This document shows, piece by piece, positions 40,601-50,600 of a stretch of DNA of 64,000 nt. The stretch comes from Antedon mediterranea (Eukaryota > Animalia > Echinodermata). The stretch is taken from the NCBI RefSeq assembly GCF_964355755.1, contig NC_092679.1, positions 7,346,201 through 7,410,200 on the forward strand. The letters are read 5' to 3'. Both the position numbers and the translations under genes were made by a program. Under the pieces are notes generated by a model, which saw nothing but the letters and a program-made list of their open reading frames with translations, did not search any database and was not told the DNA's origin. The first letter of the stretch is position 1. The number at the start of each line of letters is the position of its first letter.

Positions 40601-42016
40601 AGCCTACAAAGTAAACAGTTATTGTCAAAGTTGATGTTGGTCATATTAAATACTAAATAGAGAAGCAAACAATCTATCATGAATTGATTCCAACGAACAA
40701 ATAAATCTTTCATACCAATTTCTTTACACTTCAATATCCAGAGTTCATCTTGTGCTGCTATGTAACGCCAACGTCGACAAACTTTGCCTGCTGTGTTAAT
40801 ATCATCGGCGGGCAAGAACGAAAATATATACATGAGTAGCTTGTCTGGTAGACAATTAATGTCATTGCGAGCCTGTAACCTTTGTAGCAAACACTGAGTG
40901 TAGAATTGTAATAGAGTTTGATTACACTGCTTCAGGAGCTGCACTAACATATCAATCTTCTCGTAGTTTTCCCATGAATTTATCCACTGAAATGAAGAAA
41001 ACACATTTGCAATAATTGGTAAATATTATTAAGGGATTAAAATTTGCTGGTGTGATACACTATACAAGCACTCAAGACATTCAGAGGCTGTTGGTGTGTT
41101 TCTGTGAATATAAATACCTGCCAAAGAGTTTGCGCTTGTTTCTGGAAATTGTTCTTTTCATATCTTTGTTTCTTTTTGGCCGTCTGTACATCATTTGTTT
41201 TGTTACAGTGAATTATCTTAGGCAAATGTTTTATTGGGCCTGTCCGTAACATTCCTGGTCCTAGAAAAATTATACAGTAAAGTATTAGTAGTGTTAAACA
41301 GGCTTTTTTTGTGCTTTTTTTAGGTACCATAGGTATCATTTTAAATTTAAATTTCTGGTACTTGTATCTTCATATGGTTTTCTATTAATGTTTTTGTTTT
41401 GGAAATGTTACTTACTATAGTGCGAGTTTTTAAGTGGCGGTAATCTACTATCTTCAACACTACGCAAGTCTTCATCTTTGTTCAAACCACCATCTCCAGT
41501 TTCATACATCATATTACTAAACTGTCCCGATAAACTTCGCTTCAACCGAACCACTTCATCGGGTCTTTTAACAACACGATTTATTGCATTACAAAGAATA
41601 TCCTTTACATAGTTACTAACAAAAGAGTCCATTGACGTCTTTCTACCAAAATCATCAACCGAGCCATTGGAACGCGACCTGATATCTAAAGATCTTGTAA
41701 TTGATGTACAAATTGGATAGTTGCCAGTTAGTGCATTTCTGAAGTCACGGTGGAATACTGGTTCTAATGCAGTTGATAAATATTCCAGCTGGGTGTTAGA
41801 GCATCTATCAGTGATACCACAAAGAACGACTTTTCGTTGATTATGAGTGCAAGTTGCGAACCAGTTACTGATGCTTTGGAAGATCCTAGTGTGGCTAATC
41901 TCAGCTTCCGGACTCTTTGTCTTAATTGATGGCAGGACATCGGAAGATATAATTATAGTATCTTGTAAACTTCTGTTTAAAGAAGTTAACAACTTATTGT
42001 TTCTATTGTTCATCAT
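3720..42016 (-). CDS. F-box/WD40-repeat protein (FBXW7/FBXW10-like SCF substrate receptor); 3' end apparently outside the window
   Basis: Fourteen phase-consistent GT-AG exons: 42016-41416, 41260-41118, 40986-40716, 40603-40466, 40238-40176, 40056-39982, 39359-39263, 38770-38608, 38040-37927, 35223-35095, 32499-32339, 26778-26638, 16234-16153, 3886-3720 (781 codons + 2 nt). Contains the F-box LPDKLLMYIFSFLPADDINTAGKVCRRW and WD40 repeats (GHMNAVCCL...LRVWD; GHKGGVRCL...VIIWD; GHTDVV...IRLWC). Confidence 0.9.
4381..5418. mobile_element. Non-autonomous TIR element with TTAA flanks (Kolobok-like)
   Basis: TTAA|AGATCCATTCCCTACAATTTTT ... AAAATGTAGGAATGGGGCT|TTAA: imperfect TIRs, AG...CT termini, TTAA on both sides. 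Confidence 0.65.
7447..9477 (+). pseudogene. Tx1/L1-type ORF2 reverse transcriptase (endonuclease lost, C-terminal CCHC frameshifted)
   Basis: Motifs KAPGTDG, NWRPITLLNVDYKI, RGIRQGCPLS, QLADD. An extra TGTAA at ~9463-9477 breaks CLQCNVIEDDKHFFYQC; DFSIAFD replaces DFSKAFD. Confidence 0.92.
10227..10692 (-). mobile_element. (TA)n-flanked dispersed element carrying an internal tRNA-like gene (copy 1)
   Basis: About 355 bp of unique sequence between two (TA)n tracts; near-identical copy at ~49966-50350 and an inverted partial copy at ~19530-19656. Confidence 0.85.
10389..10460 (-). tRNA. tRNA-like cloverleaf, anticodon ATC (Asp-type anticodon on a Glu-like body); probably an element-borne pseudo-tRNA
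   Basis: GCCCCAG TG GTCTAATGGTTAGGAC A TCTGC ATATCAA GCAGG CGGT CCGAG TTCGAGT CTCGG TTGGGGT G; A and B boxes intact; TTTTT terminator 2 nt downstream. Confidence 0.65.
16153..16234 (-). CDS. F-box/WD40 gene exon 13 (WD40)
   Basis: ccttag|G-LIKITRISDGIVLNTFADQTDPVATLA|gtatgt; joins ...GSTDG (phase 2) to THHNL (phase 0). Confidence 0.85.
16975..18685. repeat. 51-bp tandem satellite, ~33 copies (CTACCTACACAGAAGCTGTACAGTACTAGACTACCTACAAAAGCTACAGTA)
   Basis: Directly visible; the unit consists of two related subunits, each starting CTACCTACA; explains the spurious 17-aa-repeat ORFs. Confidence 0.97.
19530..19656 (+). mobile_element. Partial inverted copy of the (TA)n-associated element (lacks the tRNA part)
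   Basis: TTCTCACAGATTTCCTCATCTTTATCGTTTC...GGGCGGTTTAGAATATTAATGTTCTTTGCCTACTGTGTTTACATATATA is the reverse complement of ~10275-10385. Confidence 0.85.
20556..20700. mobile_element. PIF/Harbinger-like MITE
   Basis: TAA|AGCTTGGTTCCCACTA ... TAATGGGAACCATGTT|TAA; a matching end GTGGGAACCAAGCT|TTAA occurs at ~54903-54920. Confidence 0.7.
23169..23671. mobile_element. Kolobok-like MITE, uninterrupted copy
   Basis: TTAA flanks, imperfect ~25-bp TIRs, AG...CT termini; homologous to 6868-7368 + 10864-10960 but lacks ~100 bp internally. Confidence 0.88.
24919..25819. mobile_element. Non-autonomous TIR element (Harbinger-like termini) flanked by a 36-bp direct duplication
   Basis: TIR ACGCCCGTATTCTTAAACCGGACTTTAGT(C/G)GTAGTTC at both ends; identical 36-mer at 24885-24920 and 25822-25857. 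Confidence 0.88.
26638..26778 (-). CDS. F-box/WD40 gene exon 12 (WD40)
   Basis: aag|VTGSYDSTIRLWCLEDFKFLRTLTTHAKSVTCLAIDGENVISGSTDG|gtaagt. Confidence 0.92.
28545..28840 (+). mobile_element. tRNA-derived SINE with Deu/Nin-type core
   Basis: A-box-like head GAGTGGCCTAGTGG; core GGATAAGGACTATAAATCGTAGGTCC...CACTTTAAAGAACCTAGT...GAGTAGGAGGTTACCCCGGTGT. Confidence 0.75.
29850..30030 (-). mobile_element. Inverted copy of the same SINE family
   Basis: CCGGGGTGACCCCTACTC...CTAGGTTCTTTAAAGTACACATGAGCT...TTATAGTCCTTATC...AGACTCGTTCTACCACCAGAAC is the reverse complement of the 28545-28780 core. Confidence 0.78.
32339..32499 (-). CDS. F-box/WD40 gene exon 11 (WD40)
   Basis: GGVRCLAFNDQWILSGSWDTTVIIWDVIKFTQIAILVGHTDVVSALQLIGLKYL; ag/gtaagt boundaries. 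Confidence 0.93.
32613..32731 (+). mobile_element. Helentron-associated non-autonomous element (DINE-1/HINE-like)
   Basis: TTTTAG start, subterminal inverted repeat GTCGCGTGC/GCATGCGAC, (GTCG/GTTG)n microsatellite, 3' hairpin GCCATGTATATGGC followed by CTTGTT. Confidence 0.7.
32855..33192. repeat. 15-bp tandem repeat (ACACACTTCTCATTT)n, ~22 copies
   Basis: Directly visible; source of the spurious HTSHL ORF. Confidence 0.97.
34051..34092 (+). ncRNA. Minimal type I hammerhead ribozyme motif of the Penelope-like-element type
   Basis: CAC-CTGAAGA-t-TGAGG TACT CCTCA-t-GAAA-CA GCC TGTA-GTG: CUGANGA and GAAA cores, stem II TGAGG/CCTCA, short stem III, GUA cleavage triplet, stem I CAC/GTG. Confidence 0.65.
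35095..35223 (-). CDS. F-box/WD40 gene exon 10 (first WD40)
   Basis: ctcag|GHMNAVCCLKFDRRRIITGSSDHSLRVWDIRSGRSIHKIYGHK|gtgagg. Confidence 0.93.
36655..36885. repeat. ~69-70-bp tandem repeat, ~3.3 copies
   Basis: CTGAGCATGTGCAGAGTGAGGTACAATAGGCAGAAAG...GATGGCATGATAATTGCACTCTT repeated; degenerate piece at ~36950. Confidence 0.9.
37927..38040 (-). CDS. F-box/WD40 gene exon 9
   Basis: VTGDIGMEEETMAGEKLTRHLNKVSMMVRAVKRVRRLQ; phase 0/0, leads into GHMNAV. Confidence 0.85.
38608..38770 (-). CDS. F-box/WD40 gene exon 8 (basic, NLS-like KKKKRKPKKPR)
   Basis: acaag|...DFISPWESKSKLEVKEEDKKVVKKKKRKPKKPREDNENLALDIRPDHEQAKSVL|gtgagt. Confidence 0.85.
39263..39359 (-). CDS. F-box/WD40 gene exon 7
   Basis: DLPIQQLETFQKDSIDDIPETDAVEKDNELN; phases match both neighbours. 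Confidence 0.8.
39378..39930. repeat. Complex (GTAG/GCAG/GCAT)n microsatellite with higher-order units
   Basis: Directly visible; fills most of intron 6. Confidence 0.95.
39982..40056 (-). CDS. F-box/WD40 gene exon 6 (Ser-rich)
   Basis: SYSSSSTSSSMFSELSADRQRSTV; ttag/gtaagt boundaries. Confidence 0.8.
   Translation of the reverse strand: MRTAAVVQVHQCSLNYQPIDSEVL
40176..40238 (-). CDS. F-box/WD40 gene exon 5
   Basis: KELRVIDVLTPARITPPEEF; caag/gtgagt boundaries. Confidence 0.78.
40466..40603 (-). CDS. F-box/WD40 gene exon 4
   Basis: YTKGILDIALLMKDAMDSCLIDWHEAYYELKLIVDNLQMANYQAS; post-F-box DW-x3-Y helix. Confidence 0.87.
40716..40986 (-). CDS. F-box/WD40 gene exon 3 (D-domain-like segment + F-box)
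   Basis: WINSWENYEKIDMLVQLLKQC...DINCLPDKLLMYIFSFLPADDINTAGKVCRRWRYIAAQDELW. Confidence 0.93.
41118..41260 (-). CDS. F-box/WD40 gene exon 2
   Basis: PGMLRTGPIKHLPKIIHCNKTNDVQTAKKKQRYEKNNFQKQAQTLWQ; bridges phase 1 to phase 0. Confidence 0.82.
41416..42016 (-). CDS. F-box/WD40 gene first coding exon
   Basis: Acceptor at 42043-42044, ATG at 42016 (MMNNRNNKLL...), contains SISNWF...RCSNTQLEYLSTALEPVFHRDF; donor gtaagt after 41416. A 5' UTR exon probably ends at 42536. Confidence 0.85.
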
Positions 42017-42535
42017 TGTAGATACATTTAGACATATTATATCTGAAAGAGAAACAGAAATTGTGTGGATATAATTATTTATAATTATACAGTCTTTACT
42101 CATCATATTATTAATAATATTAATTATTATGCCTAAAGTATCTATAGCCTACTACTACTAGCCTATATAGTATATATAGGAATAGTTGGTACAGTAAAGA
42201 CTAAAGTAATTATTAAATATTTAAAGAATTCCCCCACTCTCTTGTCTGGTGGTATGTGTAGGCTAGGCCGCAAGTAGATTTATCTAGGCGTAGGCTAGGG
42301 CTAGGCCTAGGCCTAGTGCATTTCTGAATTATGAACCCTGGCCTCTAACTACTGGCTTAGCTGGTTAGTTTAGGTCGTCGGGCTGGCAACCAAATCACAC
42401 ACTCCACTGCACACAAAACCGACCCATTAATTCCTCTCACGCTCCTCCTCTCCTCCTTTTCAGCGGAAATTTGTTTTTATTGTTTTTTTATTGTTAATGT
42501 ATGATATATCGTACATTTAAACCATTGCTACTTAC

Positions 42536-43857
42536 ATTTTAAATCCTTTGTACTCTTAGGCCTATTGTGGCCTAGGCCTAGACCTATAATATTTTCGAAT
42601 CGAAGGCAGGTCCCAGGACTTTCTTCCAGCCACACTACTCACTTTTTCTACCAAAATTCCGAGAAACATTCGGAATACCAAAGTGGACTTCACTTTTTGC
42701 CTGAATTAAGCAAGGCTAGACTCTATGACCCAGAGGTACAGAAGCGAATTACATTACGTGAAGAAATCACTTGATTTCATTGGTAGAAAGTTTTAAAAAG
42801 AACAATACACACAATCAGTACATTAGGATAAGATAAGAATACTAATACATTTATTTGCCGAATAGGGCAAAATTGAAAAAAATCTTGTTCTCAATTTTAT
42901 ATAAAAGAAATATAAATTTTGTATAGCAACCAGGCCAATCAATTTTGTGAAGGAGTGATCCTTATTTCTATTTTATTCACTGTTATTTTTTAATATTAGC
43001 CCAGCCACCAAAAATCCTGGGTCAGCAGAGTAAGGCACTGACGACTGCCGATGAATTGCATCAAGTTCTTAAATTGTTAATAACTGATAATGACATATAT
43101 ACAGTTTTAAAACGGATATTTATGCAGGTTGTTTTTACTACAACTAAAGACAAAATGTAGTCTAAATCAAATTATTGTTTTTTTCATTTAGTTTTGATTC
43201 AACAACACACAAACATCAGCGTTTTAATTATAGGCTATACTGTCTGTCCCATAAGTGTGTATAAACTCTGTTTAGTTTTAGTTTTGCTATGCGATGTAAA
43301 AAGAAGTACCGACGTACCATGTCTGTTAGTATTGGTTTGCCTTTCTTCCAATGCCCTCCAGTTGACTCAATTTGGCTCTTATACCCATCCTCTCTTCGTC
43401 CTAGTTGATAATATATACTCTTCCGAAAGACCCATCTTTTTGTTATTTTGGTAAAATCAAACTTCCATCTCAAAAACAACACTGGACTAAAATAAAAGAT
43501 CAAGATTTAATTTTAATGAATCATAAAAATGAAATCTGGATTCGTTACAGCGAGGAAATCAATCAACCGTAACATTATTTTTCTAATTTTTACAATACTT
43601 AGAAACCTGTAACTTTACTCCTTTTCAAAAAAATATGCTTTCAAATCGAATTATATCTACAAAATGGAAAGATCCATCGGGAAAAGTGTTTCTATTATTT
43701 TCTCATCTTGTAATGTTATATATTTTTAAAGCGTCTGCATCAACTCTAGACTTATGATGAGATAGGATAAATATGGGACCCGAAACGGCGACGATGATCT
43801 ATCTCTGAAAATCATACAGACACAATATTGACGGCAGGGCTAGACACGGGATCGAAG
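42536..43857. promoter_or_regulatory. Putative bidirectional promoter and 5' UTR exons between the divergent F-box and START genes
   Basis: Minus-strand donor at 42535 and plus-strand donor at 43858 face away from each other; CCAAT-like motifs (ATTGG ~42779, CCAAT ~42935); TSSs cannot be determined from sequence. Confidence 0.45.
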
Positions 43858-43993
43858 GTAAGGTAGGCCTAGGATTATGAATAAGTCGTTTATATGGCAA
43901 AAATATGAATAGAATGTTGTTGATAACTATCAAATAATATTAATTTGTCCCAAGTATTGATCTGTATTAAATCAGGTTCCGATAACTGTTGTT

Positions 43994-44239
43994 TCAGTTC
44001 AGAATACCACACACACAGCTATCTATTACATTTTCAATTGTGTTGAGGAAGTTGTTGCACCGTCTATAAAGCTTATGAAGTCCCCGTGCTATTCTTCTTG
44101 TGGTCGGTTCGTACTCATTCAAACAGCAGTCGCAACACATCATAAAGTACACGCAGGGGCAGATCCAGGAATCTGATAAAGGCCAGGGTGGGAGTGGGGG
44201 AAGCTGCTGTTGTTGATATATAAACACGAATATATCCAT
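43994..44239 (-). CDS. Possible small Gln/Pro- and Cys-rich protein (CYSTM-like), antisense inside the START gene's first intron
   Basis: 81-aa ORF QQQQLPPLPPWP...CPCVYFMMCCDCC...SCVCG; pyrimidine-rich acceptor at 44243-44244 just upstream; locally higher GC. Confidence 0.3.
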   Translation of the reverse strand: MDIFVFIYQQQQLPPLPPWPLSDSWICPCVYFMMCCDCCLNEYEPTTRRIARGLHKLYRRCNNFLNTIENVIDSCVCGILN

Positions 44240-44540
44240 ATCCTGTAGAGGGGGTGGGGGTTCTGGTGGAATTGTCCTTTTTTTTAAAATATTTTCTAAA
44301 TTCTATCACAAGCATTGCATGTCCAAGATCAAGTGCTATGGACTATCAATTCTTTTAGTTTTATATCATAAATTAATCATCATTAAATTTAGTCTAAGAT
44401 TAAACAAATTAGACCCTCCTACTCGCTTGAAATAATTTTGATAATAACATTTTCTTTTTTCTCTCTGCATACAGTAAAAGTTAACACTATTCATTAAAGA
44501 TTAGTGTTACCATCTGATATGTGTCCATAAAGACCACAAG

Positions 44541-44672
44541 ATGTTATTATGGGATGCCTGGACGCAATTGGTATTCCCACACATTGAGGTCGCTGTATTC
44601 TTGTGCTTGATAACCTTGTCTATTATATTTCTGCTGGTACTTCTCATTTCACTATTCTGGTTTGATAGCAAG
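44541..44672 (+). CDS. START gene exon 1 (N-terminal TM anchor)
   Basis: MLLWDAWTQLVFPHIEVAVFLCLITLSIIFLLVLLISLFWFDSK|gtaagt; acceptor at 44473-44474. Confidence 0.75.
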
Positions 44673-47600
44673 GTAAGTAAATTGTTTGCTGTTAATAATT
44701 TGATAATAATTGATATCAACAGTCAGTCGAGACGTCTTGTTCCATCAAGGTTAGCCTTAAACTATTCAGATACGTTGCTAATTCTGCTTTTTCAATATTC
44801 TTGATTTTTAAAATTTAATTTTTTTAATTAAGGGGTTTGGTTGTTGGCATTATGCCAAGTTATTACACAAGTTTATAGAGTAGAATGTATACAGCAATGT
44901 ACACACTGTAAATAATAAACACCAACATGTGTGAAGTGAACTAGCATTATTTAGAGAGAGTTAGACACCTGCAAAAAACTGACCCAGGTAAATGGCACCA
45001 ACAGGTCAGAGTTATGACAAACACTAAGAAAATTGATCTCAATATACCAGTTCCTGAAATCTCTCCATTGGATCATAAATCCATTGCTAATGTCATCAAT
45101 TACTTGTTTACTAACATTAGTGCTCACATCCCTTTTCTAAATAAAACTCAACTCCCTGCATTCCTTCCCTCTGACAAACCTGCACCTAAACTTTATCCTT
45201 GGGATATTTATAAAAAATTAAGATCTATTAAAGAAAACAAGGCCTGCGGACCAGATTTGGTCCCACCCAAAATTGTTAAATTATTTGCCATGGAGTTTTG
45301 TGAACCACTTTGTGATATACTCAACTGTTCTTTTTCTGAAGGCATTGTCCCTTCTCAGTGGAAAAAGGCAGTTGTAGTCCCTGTGCCCAAGGTTCAGCCT
45401 CCTACTATTGACAAACTCAGACCTATCTCCATTACTTCTGTGTTTGCCAAAGTAGCTGAGGAGTTTATCACTGACTGGATCTTACAAGATATAAGTTCAA
45501 AAATCGATGTTAACCAGTTTGGAAATGTTAAGGGTTTGTCTACTGCTCATTACCTGACCCACTTGGTGCATTATCTCTGTCAAGGTGCTGAGAATAAGCA
45601 CAATGTTGGTACCATGGTTCTTACTGATTTCTCCAAGGCCTTTGATCTTATCGACCATTCCATCCTTGTTAATAAGATCATTGATATTGGTGTCAGGGGG
45701 GCTTTGGTACCATGGTTGTGTGATTTTCTTTTTATGCGTATGCAGTGTGTTAAATATAATGGTACCTTATCTAATTACTCTTACTTAAAAGCTGGTGTCC
45801 CACAGGGAACCAAGTTAGGCCCTTTATGTTTCCAGATCATGATCAACGATGCTGGTACAAATGCTAAAACTAAGTATCTGAAATATGTAGATGATCTTAC
45901 ATTTTGTGAAAATCGTAAGCTCTCATTGCCTGGTTTTTTACAAGATGATCTTAATTCTTTTTTCCGCTGGTGTAACGACAACTGTTTAGTGCTTAACCCC
46001 AAAAAATGTCAAGCCCTTAAGGTGTGTTTCAGTTCTACCCAACCTTCACACGTTGACATACACTTGGGAACTGATAAGCTCCAATATGTTAATAAAGCCA
46101 AGATCCTGGGAGTTTTTTTTTCAAGACAACCTTAAATGGGACTGTCATATTGATTCCATCATCACTAAAGCTTCCAGGAAACTTTTCTTTTTACGATCAC
46201 TAAAACGATTTGGTTTTAACATTGAAGAGCTTAAATTGACCTTTTGTGGTTACATTAGACCAGTTGTTGAGTATGCTGATGTTGTTTGGCATTCTGGCCT
46301 GTCTAGTAGATTAAGCGATTGTATTGAAAATGTTCAAAAGAGGGCTTGCCGTATAATGTTAGGCAATGATTACTTTTCTTACTCTGGTGCCCTTGAATTT
46401 CTTAAATTAGAGACTTTGGCTCAAAGAAGGGTGGAGCATTGTCGCAAGTTCGCTGAGTATCTCCCCAAAATTAAACAAACAGCTGATTTAATCCCACCGA
46501 CCAGACATAGCTGTCATGGTAGGAATTTAAGAAATAAAAACAAAATTACCCAGCTAGCGTCTAAAACATCCAGATTTACCAATAGCCCTATACCCTACTT
46601 CATCAAATTACTGAATTCTTAATTTTCTCCCCTGCTAGTTTGCGACTGCTCTCCCCTTCTTTGTTGTTTTTTTTTTTTCATATTTTTTTTATATATTTAT
46701 ATTTTTGATATGACATGTATTTTACACGCAATTTGGCTCTTAGCCACGAGTTGTAATTTTGGTCAATTTTTTGATATTTGAAATAAAAGTGAATAATATT
46801 CGAATTTATGAAACTTTTTTTTAAATTCAGACTTTCTCATGGCATATGAACTTGTATTATATCAGCGTTCCAAGGCATTGGTAGGATGAAACAAGACAAC
46901 ACTTTATTTATTACCATATATATTCATGGGTTAATTATTTTGGAAGCTTGGATATTTATTTTTGGTTTAATCATTTTTGGGTCAACTGATTTATCTATCA
47001 TTTAATAATATTGGTGAAATATTTGCATTAAACATAAAAACACACATGCTGTATGTCATAAAAAAAGAAAACAAAATTTGTAAGACCATTTTATTTTATA
47101 TCAAAATTGCAGCCAAAGGCTGAATTACATGATGGTCATTACAAATTGCAGCCAAAGGCTGAATTACATGATGGTCATTACAAATTGCAGCCAAAGGCTG
47201 AATTACATGATGGTCATTACAAATTTGAACAAAAAAAACGTTATAAAGGTGCATGTTTGCCTCACTAAAACCAACAGTGAAGTGAAAGCAAACATGTTGC
47301 ACTGGAAATGTATATGAACACAATTACAATCACATGGCAGATTGAGCATGGCATATTACAATGCACTAACTGTATTTGCATTTTTGTCCGTTTGAAACAT
47401 ATCACGCTTTGAACGTGCACATGATTCCGACCATGTTTCATGATTTACTTAATTTGTAAGCGTTTATTATTCATTTATTCTTCTTGTGAATACCATGATG
47501 ATCACACTGCAGAATATGCTGGTAGTAATATTTGTTAATTCTTACAGAAAAATTCATACAGTACAACATGGGACAAAAATATAAATGATAAAACGTATTG

Positions 47601-50600
47601 ATTCTAGTTTTCGCTTTCTTCATATGTTTGTACAGTGAAATTTAAATATTTGTGTTACTTTTATTTTTTAACAATTCCCCAAAGGAAACTCAGAATAATT
47701 TGATCTTCCTGGTTACATAATAGTTTCAATAAATACAGTAATTTATCAAAATGTTTACTTTTTAATGGTTTCACATTTCAACATTATTTAGAGTTAACCA
47801 ACTTTAGTTAGTTTCTATAGTATAAGTACTATATTATACAAAACCCAAAATTAAAATTAGTCCGATTCAAATTGTCATATTCAGTTCAAATCTTCGTATA
47901 AGGAATTATTCATTGATATTACAGTATTATCTTTGTACAAACATCTTGTCTTGTACTACTGTACAGTATTACATCACGTTTGTAAAGAAGCTTAATAATA
48001 ATAATACATACATACAGTATAACTTCCTTTTAACACTAACAATGACATTGAATAATAATATAACATGACATGCTATTTGTTAGTATGAAAGTTCATCTGT
48101 GATAATATTACATGATAAAATTTTACTTTTGAAATTTTGACATGTAAGTTATTAGTGTGATATCTAAAGTTAAATTTTGTTTTTAATCACCTGCTACACT
48201 AATAACAATATATAAATGCAATATTACTCTCTACTATTCTACTAATATCTTTTCTTCAAATTCGTTGTATTCCATTTGTTGTTGGTCGATCTTGTTTAGG
48301 AGTTAGGGTGGTGGTAGTGTACAGTATAATAATGCATGTTTCATGAATGGTTTTGGCTTGCTCAAGGGGGTTGATGTATTTGTGTAAACTTACAATACTG
48401 TATTTACTGTTAAAGTAAATTATACCATTGTTAGTTATGTCAGTGGTGTATACAGGATTCTTTGAACGAAGGAGTACTACGTAATATACAATATTAACAT
48501 TCTGTCGAAAAATCTATATCAAATATTAGTACAGTAATTAACAATAATACAGTACAATTTTAGCTGTCAAAGTGGGAACATGTCGCCTTATAGCATAACC
48601 CCATGGTTCCACACCCCTGAATGTTTTAACATTTAATGTTGGTGTCATTAATTCAAAGTCATATTCCACCTTTTCTGTATTATCTTGGTACTGTATATAC
48701 TCGTTTGGTGTGTTGGTCTGTCTAGGTATGCTAACCATGTTTTGGGTCACAAAATTACAAAACTGATTTGACTTTTTCAGAGTGGCCAGTTAGATCAGGG
48801 TCAGGCTAATTTCTTTGCTCTTGAAAGATATCAGTCATCACTTAATGTGGTAGGTGTCTATAGTACATTCAAGTCATGTATCTAGGTACAAACTGTAATG
48901 TATTTAAATATTGTAATGTTAAGTATTTAAAAGAGTGCATGTAATGTATTGTAAGGGTTTCGATCCAAGTCGGCCCTAAACCGTCTCGGCCAAAGTCAAG
49001 TCGGCCCCAAGTCAAGTCGGCCCCAAGTCAACTCGGCCTCACGTCAACTCGGCCTCACGTCAACTCGGCCTCACGTCAACTCGGCCTCACGTCAACTCGG
49101 CCAAAGAATAATCGGTCAACTCGGCCCCGTTAAAGTATGGAACGAAAAAAGTGCAAGTGAAGGGGATTGATAAAATAATATTTCTTCACAATTTTTTAAC
49201 TATGAATAATTCTGACTTTTAATGAATATTATTATTTAGACAATAATATATTTAGCAAAAAAAATAGGAAGGATTTCACCAACTTTCCTTTATTTACGTT
49301 TAATAAAATTTCGTAGCTGAGCCTCCCTGCGCGTTTGCCAGCTTTTTCGATATCTACAACTGCTACGTGTTTTCGCTGACCGGGGGATTCCCCTTTTTTT
49401 AAAACGCAAATCATGCACAAACACGATGTACGATCATTTTTACTATGGCCAAATGGTGGAACGTAGGCCTCCGTCTTCGATTTCCTAAAATACGGTACCT
49501 GCACGTGTTTTTTGTAACATCGGCAATGAGTTCATTTTTTTATATGATATTATATTTTTTATTTCTTCATTTTTTTTAAAACGTGGATAGTAAGAATCGT
49601 AATAATATTAAGCACTTTTTGCGTTCCATACTTTATTGTGGCCGAGTTGACCGATTAGTTTTTGGCCGAGTTGACGTGAGGCCGAGTTGACTTGAGGCCG
49701 AGTTGACTTGGGGCCGACTTGACGTGGGGCCGACTTGACTTTGGCCGAGACGGTTTGGGGCCGACTTGACCTGCACCCATTGTAAGCTAATACACAAAGA
49801 TGCTACATGTACGAATGTCAACCTACTGTACTGTACATACAGTAAACACAATAGGCATTCCCAAGTGTTTAAAATCTATTCATATTGTGATGTTGGTCTT
49901 GCCTGGAGCTATAAGTATAATCCACCAAAACTGCGCGCAAAAAAAGCATGTATTTTTTAATTTATTATATATATATATTGTTTATTATATATAAACACAA
50001 CAGGCAAAGAACATTAATTCTAAACCGCCCGGTGATATACTGAAATTTAATTAATTAATTTGAAACGATAAAGATGAGGAAATCTGTGAGAATGAGAAAA
50101 ACTGTGAGAGTGAGAAAAAGTTGCCCCAACCGAGACTCGAACTCGGACCGCCTGCTTGATATGCAGATGTCCTAACCATTAGACCACTGGGGCTTTCATG
50201 GTATTGTTCGAACTCGATTTGATAGCGACTCTTTAACATTCTCGGCGTGGTACGGCGGAACAGCACTAGTCCTTCTCGGCGTGGTACGGCGGAACAGCAC
50301 TAGTCCTCAGTTGTTGTAGTTGTTTATTATATATATATTGTTTATATATTATTTCAATGAATCAAAAGCTCAATATTACTGATCTGCTGTATTTCTATCA
50401 TAGGTTAAAATTCACTTAGATTTATCAGCTTATATTCTTTTTTATAAATCCACAGAGGCAACAACAATAATATATTTTGAGGTTTTATAAACTCAAACAA
50501 TTTTCCTGATAAGAATATTAAAAAGGATAGTACAATGCTTAACCAACCATATCGTATCATTTCAGGATGATGAACAAGTGGATCTCCATGGTAACAAGGC

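Noticed and set aside
43228-43503. 91-aa minus-strand ORF between the divergent genes
   Set aside because: No recognisable domain; faint resemblance to a decayed RTE-like C-terminus (KGKP...); non-ATG start.
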